A stretch of DNA of 64,000 nucleotides, from positions 755,631 to 819,630 of the forward strand of contig JBESAV010000001.1 of assembly GCA_041242255.1 (NCBI GenBank), written 5' to 3'. Within the stretch, counting starts at the first letter, position 1, and each line of letters begins with the position of its first letter. Made by a program: the position numbers and the translations under genes. A model generated the notes under the pieces. That model saw only the letters and a list, made by a program, of their open reading frames with translations, did no database searches and was not told the DNA's origin. This DNA comes from Candidatus Altimarinota bacterium. Lineage in GTDB: Bacteria > Patescibacteriota > Gracilibacteria > UBA1369 > GCA-2718715. Of this stretch, positions 64,000 through 64,000 are shown in pieces.

Positions 64000-64000
64000 C

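Overview
AT-rich, very gene-dense bacterial window with about 70 CDS and 2 tRNAs. I found no rRNA, CRISPR array, integrase, transposase or phage structural gene, and the largest non-coding gap is about 0.2 kb. The standard code applies: conserved genes are intact and TGA is used as a stop. Recognisable housekeeping genes are ileS (3' part), secG, rplI, ruvX, murC, cysS, der, uvrC, fmt, nrnA, lepB, murB, gatB, recG, tyrS, rluD, glyQS and trxB (3' end). There are also envelope and glycan genes: GT1/GT2/GT4 glycosyltransferases, a TagA-like enzyme, two Wzy_C/O-antigen-ligase-like proteins, two solute-binding proteins and two large secreted Ig/FN3/SLH-like proteins. An RsbW-STAS-PrsW module is present as well. 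Tiny spacers, overlapping convergent stops, no Shine-Dalgarno motifs, a bacterial Elp3 and a VirB2-like pilin suggest a reduced-genome uncultivated lineage (CPR/Patescibacteria-like), but that is inference. The main candidate for something undescribed is a roughly 10-kb, nine-gene, translationally coupled operon (49940-60099, minus strand) just downstream of glyQS. It encodes proteins I cannot assign to any family. Its recognisable pieces are an SF2-helicase-like NTPase with a degenerate motif II, an 883-aa protein built from about 240-aa tandem modules, two coiled-coil proteins, an RNI-type LRR-like protein and a protein with a HicA-like tail. Other points: the top strand is G-poor in most hand-sampled stretches on both gene orientations, so plus-strand proteins are K/N/Q/T/P-rich and minus-strand proteins E/D/V/G-rich. 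There is a divergent Elp3/Trm9-like pair, a TyrRS fused to a B3/B4 (PheRS-editing-like) domain, a stripped-down RNB (RNase II-like) protein, a UvrC with a 107-aa insertion and no HhH tail, and a 23 percent tyrosine secreted protein.
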